Both the position numbers and the translations under genes were made by a program. Positions 50,238 through 60,291 of a stretch of DNA of 64,000 nt are shown here, piece after piece (positions within the stretch are counted from its first letter, which is position 1; each line of letters begins with the position of its first letter). The DNA is from Pelagomonas calceolata (lineage: Eukaryota), in NCBI GenBank assembly GCA_918797485.1, contig CAKKNE010000003.1:1984001-2048000 (forward strand), read 5' to 3'. The notes below the pieces were generated by a model that was not told the origin of the DNA, ran no database searches, and saw only the letters and a program-made list of their open reading frames with translations.

Positions 50238-51356
50238 TCACTGGTAGACGCCCCGCGCCGACCCCCAGTCCAGCATGGGGTGGCCCTTCATCGCCTCGCA
50301 GGGCGTGAAGTCCTGGCGCGGGCATTTTGTTTTCAGGAACGCCTCGACCGGAAAAACGACTGGTGTTGTCAACATCTCAAAGCACCCGGGCATGCGCTTC
50401 GTCCGCGACCCTAACGTCGACTTCGTCCCCAGATGCGAAAAGATGTTCCAGCGGAAGCCCAGGTGCGGTCGGTTATTTTTGTAGGTTTTTGACTGGTCGC
50501 GCTCCCCGGCGAACCACTCCACGACCAAATGGTCCGGCGGCCGCCGGGCCTGATGCTCTTCCAGGTAATCCGCAAACGGCAACAAGTCCGCATCTTTGAG
50601 AAAAATGCCGTTCATCCCAAACGAGGCCCGGATGGCGAGCCAGTCGGGATAGAAGCGCGAGGCCCTTTCAATAATGTACGCCATGGCCCGGAACCCATGG
50701 TCGCAGAGCGCCATGTCGTCCTCCCCGAACACAAAGTACCTCGCTTGATCATGCACTATCCTCAACACCGACGCCACGTCGCGCGTCTGCTTCCGCACGC
50801 GCCAGCCCGGTCTATTTGCATTTCCCGCGACGTGGGGCGGGTCGACGCGGTTCGCCGTGAGGGCCGGGTCCTCGGCTTTTTCTGAGAAGCGGAAAGCTGG
50901 ATTCGTGGAGAAGCGCTCCTTGGCCTCGTCGAAGCGCTTGTGCCCGGCGCCGTGCACGTTCACGACAAAGACGCCGACGGCGCCCGCTAACATACTTTCG
51001 GCCGGAAACAATTCGCGCGCGAAGGCGTTGAGCGTGGTCCCGAGGTAGTCCTCGTCATTCAAGCGCGGGACCGTGGGCAGTCCTACTGCCAGCCAGAGTT
51101 TTTTTGTTGTCGTCGCCGGCGGAGTTGTCGCGCGGTTGACAAAGGCCGCCGCCGCGGCGGGCGCCGGGGGCCGCGTCGTCGCGTGCGTCGTGACCTGCGT
51201 TCCTGCGAGCGCCCGCAGCCTCTGCAATTCCTCTTTGTAGTGCGCGTCGCGGTCGGTCAGCTGTGATGTTGATTGATGCAGCACAATTAACGCAATGCAA
51301 CTCAGGCCGACGAAGAGCCAGGGCAGCGTGGCTTTGCGCACTTTGAGCTTGGCCAT
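50238..51356 (-). CDS. GT54/MGAT4-like N-acetylglucosaminyltransferase, type II membrane
   Basis: N-terminal TM; LAVGLPTVPR..DYLGTTL, KQTRD, FGEDD, FSHLGTKSTL. Confidence 0.75.
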   Translation of the reverse strand: MAKLKVRKATLPWLFVGLSCIALIVLHQSTSQLTDRDAHYKEELQRLRALAGTQVTTHATTRPPAPAAAAAFVNRATTPPATTTKKLWLAVGLPTVPRLNDEDYLGTTLNAFARELFPAESMLAGAVGVFVVNVHGAGHKRFDEAKERFSTNPAFRFSEKAEDPALTANRVDPPHVAGNANRPGWRVRKQTRDVASVLRIVHDQARYFVFGEDDMALCDHGFRAMAYIIERASRFYPDWLAIRASFGMNGIFLKDADLLPFADYLEEHQARRPPDHLVVEWFAGERDQSKTYKNNRPHLGFRWNIFSHLGTKSTLGSRTKRMPGCFEMLTTPVVFPVEAFLKTKCPRQDFTPCEAMKGHPMLDWGSARGVYQ

Positions 51357-51576
51357 CGACCGCTGCGGCGTCGGCGCTTGACCTCGACGCCGCTTGACCG
51401 CTGCGGCGTCGGCGCTTGCCAAAGCAGTTTTGGCAGCTAGCTGTGAGCGCCGATACGGCTGCCAACGTATGCAGCAGAAGTGACCAAGCGATACGTGTGC
51501 TACAGTCTGGTCAACTGGAGTGCGCCAAGGCAGCCGGACGGCCGGACGCCGCCGCTTTTGCCTTGCGCAAAATAGT

Positions 51577-51600
51577 GCTAGCGGTATGTAAGACACTAGC
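51577..51600 (+). promoter_or_regulatory. CTAG-bracketed intergenic motif
   Basis: GCTAGCGGTATGTAAGACACTAGC, ~220 bp upstream of ATG 51356. Confidence 0.7.
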
Positions 51601-51697
51601 AAGCTGTTTTCAGGGGTACGGGGGCCCCGCGACGTAATTAAGCTGAGCCTGAGCCTAGTGAACTTTTCTCTCTACGCGATCCGGCAAATAAACCTAC

Positions 51698-52141
51698 CTA
51701 GTATTTAAACGTGTCCCCATCCTCGGCCGCGGGCGGGAACGTGCCCTGATCCTCGGCGGCGGGCGGCGCACCCGGCGGAGTGGTCGCCTCAAACAACTCG
51801 TCGACCTCGTTGGACGTGACGCGGTTAACGCGTGGGACGGGCTCGATGACGACGTTTCGCGGCGACGCGATGATGGCCGCCGACGGGCCGCGGCCGAAGC
51901 CCTGGCGTTGAGGTGGCGGAGTCGGGGCTCGAGATGCCCGCGGTCTGAGCTCCGGCGGATCGATGACGCTGAGGATTGCGTCCTCGAGTGGTGGAGAATG
52001 TGGCGACTCCGGCAAGGGCGCCGCGCCCGCCATGTCGGCCGGCGAGGACGGCTCCTCGGTGGAGCTCGGCGGAGACATCCGTGACCACGACGGCCGCGGC
52101 TCGGCGGCCGCCTCCTCCTCCTCGGCGGCGCCTCCGAACAA
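51698..52141 (-). CDS. Pro/Ser-rich coding-like segment; start unresolved (partial gene or pseudogene)
   Basis: Coding-like composition but in-frame TAA ~70 nt upstream and no good ATG at the 5' end. Confidence 0.3.
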   Translation of the reverse strand: MFGGAAEEEEAAAEPRPSWSRMSPPSSTEEPSSPADMAGAAPLPESPHSPPLEDAILSVIDPPELRPRASRAPTPPPQRQGFGRGPSAAIIASPRNVVIEPVPRVNRVTSNEVDELFEATTPPGAPPAAEDQGTFPPAAEDGDTFKY

Positions 52142-52600
52142 ACGTTTCCAGAAGGGCGACGGAGGCGGCGGCGCCGGGGATGGCGATGCGAAATTTCGAT
52201 TGTGGCAGCTTTATCGGCCCTTAGCGTCCGTTTGCGTCGTCGGCGTATCTGTGGCTTCAGGTGGGGCCTCGACGCGCGAGCGGAGCACTCAGCCCTCTAT
52301 GTTTAGCAGGTCCGTCTCGAGCCCAAGAGCAAGCTTGTAAGGGCGTGTAAGTATACCTACTTAAGGTACTGTATGGTACCCCTTGCAGAGAGCCCCACAC
52401 ATGATTGCTCTTAATTAACCGGCGCAAGGATATATATATATATCTTTATATGCGTATATATACGCGCTGCGCATGCGCGTGTGACATCCATACGTGAGAC
52501 GCTAGTACGCAGCGACAGCCGACCGACTTCGATATCAAATCCGTTACACCGGGGGGGAGCGCGCCGGGGCCACGCGCTGGGAATGGGAAGGGCAAGCGCG

Positions 52601-55414
52601 TCAGCCCTTGCCCGTGTAGGCGACGTCCGGCGTGATCGGCACGTTCGCCTTGCCGCCCGACAGCATGGCGGCCTCTTCCGCCGCGGACGGAGGAGCTAAT
52701 AGTTCGAACGGCAATTTCTCGCCCTTGTAGAACTTGTGCGCGAACCACGAGCCGATCGCGCACATGAGCGCGCCGACGCCAACGACGATGCCCTCCAGAA
52801 GCATCATGAAGACTCCGCCGACGCCCTTGACGTCGTCGAGGTTGGCTCGCGATTTCGGGTTAGGGGTCGACTTGATGAACGCGACGTGGGGAGCGTCGTC
52901 GTCCGCGGAGTCGTAGTTCTCCCCTGTGTGGAATTGACCAGTGAGTCGGGTCGCATCGATGGCGTGAAGGAAGGCGCCGTCAAACGTGATTCCGCACGGG
53001 CAAAAACAGTCATAATCGTCGTCCCAGTAGTTCTCATCGTCGTCCCACCAGCCGTCGTCGTCGAACGTCGTGAAGTTGCCCTTAGAAGCAGGGCCGCAAT
53101 CATGACAATCTGTGCCCAAATCGCACAGCCCGGACGTTCGTGTGTCGTCGCAGTAGTCATCGTTCGCCCACTGGCACGTGTTCGTGCACTCCACGGTCGG
53201 CGCGTCCGGATCAGCTCCCCCGCAATCCGTACAATCCGTGCCCTTCTCGCACACGGGAGCCAAAAAGTCGTCGTCGTCGTCACCGTACCCGTAATAGTCG
53301 TACCCATACCCGCCGTAGTAATCATCATCATACCCGTAGAACCCGCCATAATCGTCATCGAAGACCTCCCTATCTTCACCGGCGGACCCGTCGTCACAAA
53401 CGCCATCCAGCGCCCACTCACAACTATCGTCGCAGACGGCGCCCGACGGGTCCGGGAAGACCCTCGCGACGATCGCGCCGTCGTCCTCCATGACGACCTC
53501 GCCGGCACCGGTATCGATCTTGGTCACGTAGATGGACACGGGCTTGCCGTCGTCTTTCGTCTTGGCCGGCGCCCAGGACTTGCCCTCCTTGAGGATGAGG
53601 ACCATCTCGGCCATTTCCACGCTTTCGACTTCATATGAACTGCGCGACGTCGGTCGCAACGTCAACTCGGTGCCGTCCAATGAGAAACCAGAACCTTGGA
53701 CAATGAGTCGCTTCGTGTGCGTCGCGTAGATCTTGCGCTCGGAAGCTTCGATCGTCGGGTCCGCGAGCACCGTCGCCACCACAATACCTTGGCCGTAGGC
53801 CAATTCGACGGGCGCGTCGGAGCCGCACTGGATCGAGGTTAAGTAGAGCGGCCCGGCCTCGTAGCGCCACTTCTTGTGCGACTTGAGGGTTAATGACAAC
53901 TTCTCCGAGGTCGCTCGCGTGATGGAGTAGTCCACGCCGTCGGTCAAAGGAGGCTGGAACGTTAATGAGGGCCCCTGGCAGAAGCTCGAGCCCTGGATTT
54001 CCAGCTTTCTAATAGCAGCGGTCTGGTAGAGGATCTGCGAGGCCGTACGAGCCACCGTCAACCCCGAAGGATGATCATCGGCGTCGGACGCGACGTGGGC
54101 CACAGCAACAGGCTGGAAGCGCTTGAACGCGCCGGCGCCCGTGTCCACGCCCACGACGCGCAGGATGCCCGTGTTCGGCGCCCACTTCCTGCCATCAAGT
54201 AACGAGATGAGCAAGTGCGTCCGGTTGAAGACCATCATGACGTAGTCGATGCCCACTTGCAGCGGGGGGTCGAAATCTAATTTGGTACCATAAGCCCCGC
54301 GCGTGAAGCCGCGCCCGGTCACCCACAATTCATGAGTGTGCGTCTGGTAGACGGTCTGCTGGGGGTTCGCCGTGATGGCCGGGTCCTCGAAGATCGTGGC
54401 CACCGTGCGGCCCTTCTTGGCTTCCGTCGGGCCGACCGGCACGAGGCCGACGCCGGCGTTGACCGCTAGTAGCTTGAGAGGTCCCGGCAGGTTCGCCGGG
54501 TTCGACCGCCACACGGAACCGGGCTTCAGGGACAACGTCAAGGCACTGCCCGACGCCTTGGTGATCGTGTAGTTCACGCCTTTGCCTCTCAGACTGTTGC
54601 CCCACTTCAGGGTGTTCAGGGAAATCGTGTTGTTGAAGCCCGAGCCGCGCACGGTCAGCTCGGGGTCTCCTTGATAGAGCTTGTGGTCCGCGGCACTTTC
54701 GACCGTGACGCCATGGGCACCTAAGTCGACCTGGACCTCGGCCACCGTCACGCCGCCGTACTTGGCGTCGATGCGCAGATCACCCGCACCGGTATCAATC
54801 CTCCTCAACTTAAGAGGACCGGGCTCGCCGTCGCTCCGCCACTTCCGGCCCGAGCGCAGCATGAGCTGCATGTGCGTCGACGAGCGCGTATTAAGCATGT
54901 AGTCTACGTCTTTCTCCAGGGGCGGGTCGAAGATGAGCTCCATGGTCTTGGCTCGGAAGCCCGTGCCGTTGATGTTGAAGCGCGTCGTGCCGGTCATGTA
55001 GATGACCTTTTCGCCGCCGTGCATGACGGTCGGCGTCGGGATCACCCGCGCGATGACCGTAGGGCTCTCGAGCTGGTTCATATTTCCTTTCCGGTCATCT
55101 ATCAACGACGAAAGATACAAATCGGTACCCTCATCCGAAGCGAGGGGCCAGGACTTGCCCGCTACTAAGTTAATTGCGAGTGCGTCATCCGACAGCACCT
55201 GCACCTTGTAGTCCGTCTTGGGCATCGTCGGCACGAACTGGAGGTTCAGGTGTTCGCCCGTGCCCGCGGCGCCGAAGCCGTTGCCCTTTAAGCGCAGCTT
55301 TTGCGTTACGGTACTGTAGATGGGGCTCGGCCGCGCCTCGACGTGCACGGCGGCCGCGGCGTCGGCGGCGCGGAGCTGCGCCAGCGCCGCCACGAGGGCC
55401 AGCGCGCGCGCCAT
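52601..55414 (-). CDS. Type I membrane protein with ~5 Ig/IPT-like repeats and two Cys/Asp-rich (LNR-like) modules; predicted intron 52924-53007
   Basis: Signal peptide; recurring L.I.G.GF..L.F.P..DY..L.L..G..W....G.L....DTGAG units; CDDSCEWALDGVCDDG..GTDCTDCG; C-terminal TM. Confidence 0.75.
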   Translation of the reverse strand: MARALALVAALAQLRAADAAAAVHVEARPSPIYSTVTQKLRLKGNGFGAAGTGEHLNLQFVPTMPKTDYKVQVLSDDALAINLVAGKSWPLASDEGTDLYLSSLIDDRKGNMNQLESPTVIARVIPTPTVMHGGEKVIYMTGTTRFNINGTGFRAKTMELIFDPPLEKDVDYMLNTRSSTHMQLMLRSGRKWRSDGEPGPLKLRRIDTGAGDLRIDAKYGGVTVAEVQVDLGAHGVTVESAADHKLYQGDPELTVRGSGFNNTISLNTLKWGNSLRGKGVNYTITKASGSALTLSLKPGSVWRSNPANLPGPLKLLAVNAGVGLVPVGPTEAKKGRTVATIFEDPAITANPQQTVYQTHTHELWVTGRGFTRGAYGTKLDFDPPLQVGIDYVMMVFNRTHLLISLLDGRKWAPNTGILRVVGVDTGAGAFKRFQPVAVAHVASDADDHPSGLTVARTASQILYQTAAIRKLEIQGSSFCQGPSLTFQPPLTDGVDYSITRATSEKLSLTLKSHKKWRYEAGPLYLTSIQCGSDAPVELAYGQGIVVATVLADPTIEASERKIYATHTKRLIVQGSGFSLDGTELTLRPTSRSSYEVESVEMAEMVLILKEGKSWAPAKTKDDGKPVSIYVTKIDTGAGEVVMEDDGAIVARVFPDPSGAVCDDSCEWALDGVCDDGSAGEDREVFDDDYGGFYGYDDDYYGGYGYDYYGYGDDDDDFLAPVCEKGTDCTDCGGADPDAPTVECTNTCQWANDDYCDDTRTSGLCDLGTDCHDCGPASKGNFTTFDDDGWWDDDENYWDDDYDCFCPCGITFDGAFLHAIDATRLTGQFHTGENYDSADDDAPHVAFIKSTPNPKSRANLDDVKGVGGVFMMLLEGIVVGVGALMCAIGSWFAHKFYKGEKLPFELLAPPSAAEEAAMLSGGKANVPITPDVAYTGKG
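52924..53007 (-). mobile_element. Introner-type intron (GT-AG, 84 nt, in frame)
   Basis: TIRs CCGTGCGGAATC / AATTCCACACAG; core CACGCCATCGATGCGAC and GACTCACTGGT shared with 46704; splicing gives WDDDYDWENYD. Confidence 0.78.
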
Positions 55415-56001
55415 CGCGTCGTCTAGGGCTCGCGGCCCTGTTTTCCCCTGCTTTTTAGCTGGCTGCCCCGGTCTTCACCACGGGACGGCCGCTGCCGGGC
55501 TGCGGCGCTGCCTTCGGGCGCTGGTCTCGCAGCTTCCTGCGAGGTGCCCTTTGGCGGCGCGGGCCCCCTTTCCCCTTGCAAATAAAAGGCGTCGCGGGCT
55601 TGGCAAGCAGCAAATAATTATTTCGTGCGGGGCGTCGTTTTTCCGTGGTTGATCCGTCTTTCCTTGTCCTTTGTGATGGGAGGGGTCGCGGGGGGCTGCG
55701 GTCCCGGTTTTTTGTGCAGGGGGGCGTTTTGGGTGTTGCTGCCTTGCTGCGCTCCTCCCAGCCCTCGTGCTGCGCTTGGAGATGACGCCTGCGCACGGAT
55801 CGGCCTACAAGAAGAGGGGTCGTTCGACGAAGAGTTTGGGCCAACACAGTCAGTGCCATCAAGTTTGTTGCGCTGCTGCTCACGCGGCCACAACATAATT
55901 CCAATTGACATAAGTTCGGCAACACTGTGCAATCAACCGCTCCTCAACGTGTCCAAGAGCACAAGTCGTTTGCGCATCGTCAGCGCGAGCACTCAAGCAC
56001 C

Positions 56002-57381
56002 ATGGCCAGCAGTGCTCTCATCCTCGCGCTCTGCGCATTGACCGCGTCCTCACTGGCGCCCGTCAAAGCGCCGGCGTCGACGCAACCACGCAACAACATC
56101 TTGAGCGTTCCCGAGCGCATCGCGCAAAAGCGCCAGGAGCTCGGCGACCGCCTCCCCTTCACGACGGAGCAGATTGACATCGAAGAAGACACTACAACAA
56201 TTGGCTCGTTAGAGGTGCCGTCCGTCGCGCTAGGCACGATCTCCTGGACGCCCGAGAAGGAGCGAACGGGCTTCCGGCCCGGAGATAGATTAGACGGCAA
56301 GGTCGGCACGGAGGAGGCGAGGGCCGCCGTCGCGACCGCTGCCTTAGAGGAGGGCCTCACGTTCTTCGACACGGCAGAACGCTACTCTGTCGGCGTGGGC
56401 GAGACCTTACTCGCGGACGCGCTGGCGGACGGCGCCGAGTACATCACAAGAGAAATGGAGACCGACGTCAGTGTAGGCGAGGCCTACCTCGCGGACACGC
56501 TGGCCGCCGGCGAAGAGTGGTTCATGAGCGCGAAGCAGGACACCGTGGTGGCCACGAAGTTCACGCCGACGCCATGGCGGCGGGGCGCGCAATCTGTGGT
56601 GGATGCTTGTGAGGCCTCTCGGAAAAGGTTAGGCGTGGAGCAGATCGATTTATATCAAATCCACATGCCCGACGTCGTCCAGCCCGGTAGGTTCTTCGGC
56701 TTTGTTGAGTGCAAAGATGAAGAGTACTGGGAAGGGTTGGCGCGGTGCGTCGAACTAGGCCTCGTGAAGGAGATCGGCGTGTCGAACTACGGTCCTTCAC
56801 TACTTAGGAAATGTAGTGCGTTCATGGCCAAGCGTGGCCTGAAGCTAGCTTCGAACCAGATCCACTATTCATTACTCGCTAGAAACAAGGGCAACAACCA
56901 GGCCACCGTCGATGCGGCCAATGAATTGGGGATTAAAACATTGGCGTACTACCCGCTGGCCATGGGTCTGTTGACGGATAAAGGCGATCAGAGGACGGGC
57001 GCTCTCGAGCACTACGCGACGGGCGGCACGGGCTTTATCGGGTTTCCGTTCCTCGCGAAGAATCAGGTCAGAGTGCCTGAAGGCGGCGTCAAGCCGTTGC
57101 TGGATGAATTAAGGGCCGTCGGCGCCGAGCGCGGCAAGACGGTGACGCAAGTCGCCCTCAACTGGATCATGGGGTCGGGAGTGATACCGATAGCCGGCGC
57201 GACGACGGAGAAATATGTACGCGACGCCGCCGGCGCGCGCGGCTGGCGCCTCACGGCTGACGAGCGGCGGCGGCTCGAGGACGCGGCGGACGCGCTGGGC
57301 TTTGAATTTCAAGGCACGTTCGCGAAGCGCGTCGACGGCAAGTTCGTCGGCTACGGCGTCGAGGAGTGGCGCCTCGACTGA
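56002..57381 (+). CDS. Aldo/keto reductase (pyridoxal reductase-like), likely plastid-targeted
   Basis: LGTISW, TFFDTAERY, VATKF, IDLYQIH, IGVSNY, SNQIHYSLL, LAYYPLAMGLLT, QVALNW, VIPIAG. Confidence 0.92.
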   Translation: MASSALILALCALTASSLAPVKAPASTQPRNNILSVPERIAQKRQELGDRLPFTTEQIDIEEDTTTIGSLEVPSVALGTISWTPEKERTGFRPGDRLDGKVGTEEARAAVATAALEEGLTFFDTAERYSVGVGETLLADALADGAEYITREMETDVSVGEAYLADTLAAGEEWFMSAKQDTVVATKFTPTPWRRGAQSVVDACEASRKRLGVEQIDLYQIHMPDVVQPGRFFGFVECKDEEYWEGLARCVELGLVKEIGVSNYGPSLLRKCSAFMAKRGLKLASNQIHYSLLARNKGNNQATVDAANELGIKTLAYYPLAMGLLTDKGDQRTGALEHYATGGTGFIGFPFLAKNQVRVPEGGVKPLLDELRAVGAERGKTVTQVALNWIMGSGVIPIAGATTEKYVRDAAGARGWRLTADERRRLEDAADALGFEFQGTFAKRVDGKFVGYGVEEWRLD

Positions 57382-57485
57382 ATTCGATCGGTAATGTATA
57401 TCTTGTTCACTTAATCACATCTCGCCCGCCCCCGCGCCATCGAAACTGCGCCTGCTCGATGGCGTGGAGGGTGGCGCGCACGATC

Positions 57486-58214
57486 CTAGACGAACTCTGC
57501 CTCCGAGTCCTCGTCCACGCCGTCCACGTTGTTCTCCTCGAGCGGCGCCGGCGCCGCCGCGTACGTCACGTCCGCGCGGCGGCGCTTGCCCGTGATGATG
57601 TTCGACAGGTCCATGCCGTTGTCGTCCTCCTCCATTTGGTCGCGCTGGCGCTTCGCTGCTTTTATTTCCTTAGCCTGCGTGGAACGGAGCGTCGCCAGGC
57701 CTGCCGCGGCTCTCGTGCGGCCGCATCGACGGCGTCGAGGCGGCGCGGCATCGCATCGACGCCGTCGCGGCGACCACGCCATCCTGAAGTTCGTTTCCCA
57801 CGCTGAGTCACTGACGGTCGGCGCCTCCCCCGAAATCTCGTAGCCCTTGGCCACGAGGCGCTCCTTGAGCTCGGCGGCCTTCGCGTCGGCGTCGAGGTCC
57901 TTGAGGCCTTTGAACAGCGTCGGCCCCGCGCGCACCGCCTGCCCCATCTTCTTCAGCTGCACAATGCGCGCGTCCTCGGTCGATTCCGGCTTAGCTTTTT
58001 TGGCCGGCGGCTTCTTTTCCTTGGCCGGCGTCGGCGGGTCGATCAGTAAAGTGACGTAGGCCGTGAGCTCCTCCTTGAGCGGCTTGAGGGCGTCCTTCTC
58101 GAGCCCCAGCGACTTCTCGAGCGTCCGGCGCACGGTCTTGACGGTCATCGTCTGCTTGTCCGCCTTCGCGACGATCTTTTTGATCTTTTTCTTGTGCTCG
58201 GCGGTGAGTTCCAT
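57486..58214 (-). CDS. DEK-C + CHZ domain histone chaperone (HIRIP3-like); predicted intron 57675-57815
   Basis: MTVKTVRRTLEKSLGL..LK (DEK-C); spliced GEAPTAKEIKAAKRQR..GMDLSNIITGKRRR (CHZ-like). Confidence 0.72.
   Translation of the reverse strand: MELTAEHKKKIKKIVAKADKQTMTVKTVRRTLEKSLGLEKDALKPLKEELTAYVTLLIDPPTPAKEKKPPAKKAKPESTEDARIVQLKKMGQAVRAGPTLFKGLKDLDADAKAAELKERLVAKGYEISGEAPTVSDSAWETNFRMAWSPRRRRCDAAPPRRRRCGRTRAAAGLATLRSTQAKEIKAAKRQRDQMEEDDNGMDLSNIITGKRRRADVTYAAAPAPLEENNVDGVDEDSEAEFV
57675..57815 (-). mobile_element. Introner-derived intron (GT-AG, 141 nt, in frame)
   Basis: TIRs CAGCGTGGGAAACG / CGTTCCACGCAG; TCGACGGCG-type cores. Confidence 0.72.
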
Positions 58215-58518
58215 CGTCGCGCGTCAATTTGTTTGTAGTGCGGAGCGAGGTGACGCGTTTTTGAAGTTGCCGCTAGTAACTACCAGTGCGTGGTTACGTA
58301 AATTGCTATTCGCGTGACAAATGGCGCCGCGCGTTTTGAAATACAGGTTTGAAAGCAGCTACAGTGCGAGGCTGCGCACTCAGTGGTGCCGGGCGCAGTG
58401 CTCTCGCTTCTGGCGTGAGGCGTAGGAGATATTGAGCGCAGTCTGTGCGCGCTGTGCTATAGCCCAGGAAGCAGCCGGTGCTGATCTACAGCCGCGGGAC
58501 GCTGCGCTTGGCGCGCTT

Positions 58519-58543
58519 GCTAGTGCCTTTACAGGCCGCTAGT
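58519..58543 (-). promoter_or_regulatory. CTAG-bracketed intergenic motif
   Basis: GCTAGTGCCTTTACAGGCCGCTAGT, ~300 bp upstream of ATG 58214. Confidence 0.65.
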
Positions 58544-58574
58544 ACGCCATCGCCGCACCGTTCACAAACTAATT

Positions 58575-59957
58575 TTACGACACCTCCGACGCCTCGTCCT
58601 GAAAGAACCGCGGCGACACCGCGCCGCCGAGGTGCGAGATGGGCACGTAGCCGCACCGCGGCTCGCCCTCGCCGTCGTCGACGGCGACCGCGAAGACCCA
58701 GCCCGACGCGTCCGCGAGGTGCGCCGTCCGCACGAGCAGCGCCTGGTCCCGCTCGATGCTCAACTCCTGGTCGCCGTCGCCAGTGAACGCGTGCGCGGCT
58801 CTCACGAACGTCTCGGCGTTGCCGGCGAAGGGGTCAAATGGCAGCGGCGCCGGGGCCGGCGCTTCCACAGGTTGAGGCCTTGCCATCGAGGGCAGCGCCG
58901 CCCGCGCGTCCTCCAATCGTCGCTGGGCCTCCCGCACCTCCGCTTCCAGGCGCTCCTGGGCGGCGCGGACCTCGGCCTCGAGCGTGGCCACGGCACTCGT
59001 CCGTCGTCTCGTAAGATTGCCGCGGGCCACGCGTTGGAGAGCCGTCGCCGCGTCGCGGGCCGTCGTCGGCGGCGGCGGCGCGCGGCGCGGCCGGTCGGCC
59101 GGCCGCTCCAGCGACTTTCGCAGCTGCTGGACGGCCTTGGACGGCGATTGGGGAGCCGGCGCCTCCTGGACCGCATCGCGCGTCGCCAGCTCCCGTTCCA
59201 ACTCTTCCACACGCCGCTGCAGCGCCGCCGTCACGTCGCGCCGCACCGCCGCCTCCTCGCGCTCCACTTCAGCCGCTAATCGAGCGCGCTCCGCCTCAGC
59301 AGCGCGCCGATCCGCCGCGCGCCGCGCCCGTCGCAACGCAGCGACGTCCTCGGCGACTCGCCTCGCTTCCTCATCAAGTTCCCGTTCCCGCCGCTCCTCG
59401 ACGGCCTTCAGCCGCGCCGCCAGCGCGTTCGTGGCGCCCAAGAGGACGCCCTCATCCTCATCCTCGACAAAGACCTCCTGCTCCTCCTCCTCGGACGGTG
59501 ACACCTTTGCTGGAAGCTCGGTGTAGTCCGTCGAGGCGCGCCACCAGGGCCCCCTCGGCGCGTCGCGCTGTGCGCGCCAAGTTAACGCACACCGCTCGAC
59601 GTAGTCGACGGCGACCGCACCGGGGCCCAGTTCCCTCATCACATGGTTTCCTAGCTCGCCATAGCTCGTTAAGTGAGACGTGTCGACGGCGCCATCCACA
59701 GTATTGGCATCGGCGACCCTCAACACCTCGGCCACCAACGCGTCGTCGTCGTCGGGCTCGTCCAGCGCCGCGACGGCCTCCCTCCAAGCGTCCGCCGCGG
59801 CCTCGGCATCCCCAAAACCCTTATTATCGGGGCGGTGCACGTCGACCACCACATTCGTTGAATCACCGGTGCCGTAGGGGTCCTCGTCGAGCCACTTCGT
59901 GAATAGTTCGCGGGCGAGAGGAACCCCATTGAGATAAACTGGGCCTGTCGGCCGCAT
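58575..59957 (-). CDS. Coiled-coil protein with IQ motif and C-terminal SH3 domain
   Basis: AATALQRVARGNLTRR (IQ); AAHAFTGDGDQELSI..GWVFA..GYVPISHL (SH3). Confidence 0.75.
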   Translation of the reverse strand: MRPTGPVYLNGVPLARELFTKWLDEDPYGTGDSTNVVVDVHRPDNKGFGDAEAAADAWREAVAALDEPDDDDALVAEVLRVADANTVDGAVDTSHLTSYGELGNHVMRELGPGAVAVDYVERCALTWRAQRDAPRGPWWRASTDYTELPAKVSPSEEEEQEVFVEDEDEGVLLGATNALAARLKAVEERRERELDEEARRVAEDVAALRRARRAADRRAAEAERARLAAEVEREEAAVRRDVTAALQRRVEELERELATRDAVQEAPAPQSPSKAVQQLRKSLERPADRPRRAPPPPTTARDAATALQRVARGNLTRRRTSAVATLEAEVRAAQERLEAEVREAQRRLEDARAALPSMARPQPVEAPAPAPLPFDPFAGNAETFVRAAHAFTGDGDQELSIERDQALLVRTAHLADASGWVFAVAVDDGEGEPRCGYVPISHLGGAVSPRFFQDEASEVS

Positions 59958-60192
59958 GGTGCTGCCAAAACGCTGCCCGCGTCGAGGCTGGGCGCCGGCG
60001 TGGCACGGACTCCCGCTGCCTGGCGCTTGCGAGGACGGCGTAGGCTTTACCAGCCTTCCGAGCCACTTTTTTAGCACCTCGAGGACGCAAACCGGCGCTC
60101 GCGGGCAGCCCACTAGGATCATCATTCGAGGGTCCGAAGTAATGGTCTTCGGTGGGGACGGAAAGGCATGCCGTCGACGGCATCTGTTCACA

Positions 60193-60215
60193 GCTAGCGG
60201 CCTTAAGACACTAGC
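60193..60215 (+). promoter_or_regulatory. CTAG-bracketed intergenic motif
   Basis: GCTAGCGGCCTTAAGACACTAGC between divergent genes (59957-/60292+). Confidence 0.7.
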
Positions 60216-60291
60216 AAGCCAGGGTCACGAGCAGCTAGGGCATTTAGCGCTGCGAATTTGGGTGTTCAGCTGGCTTAAATCTACTCTACAA

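Noticed and set aside
203..60215. CTAG motif as Helitron 3' ends
   Set aside because: No GC-rich subterminal hairpin and no shared upstream body between copies; not fully excluded
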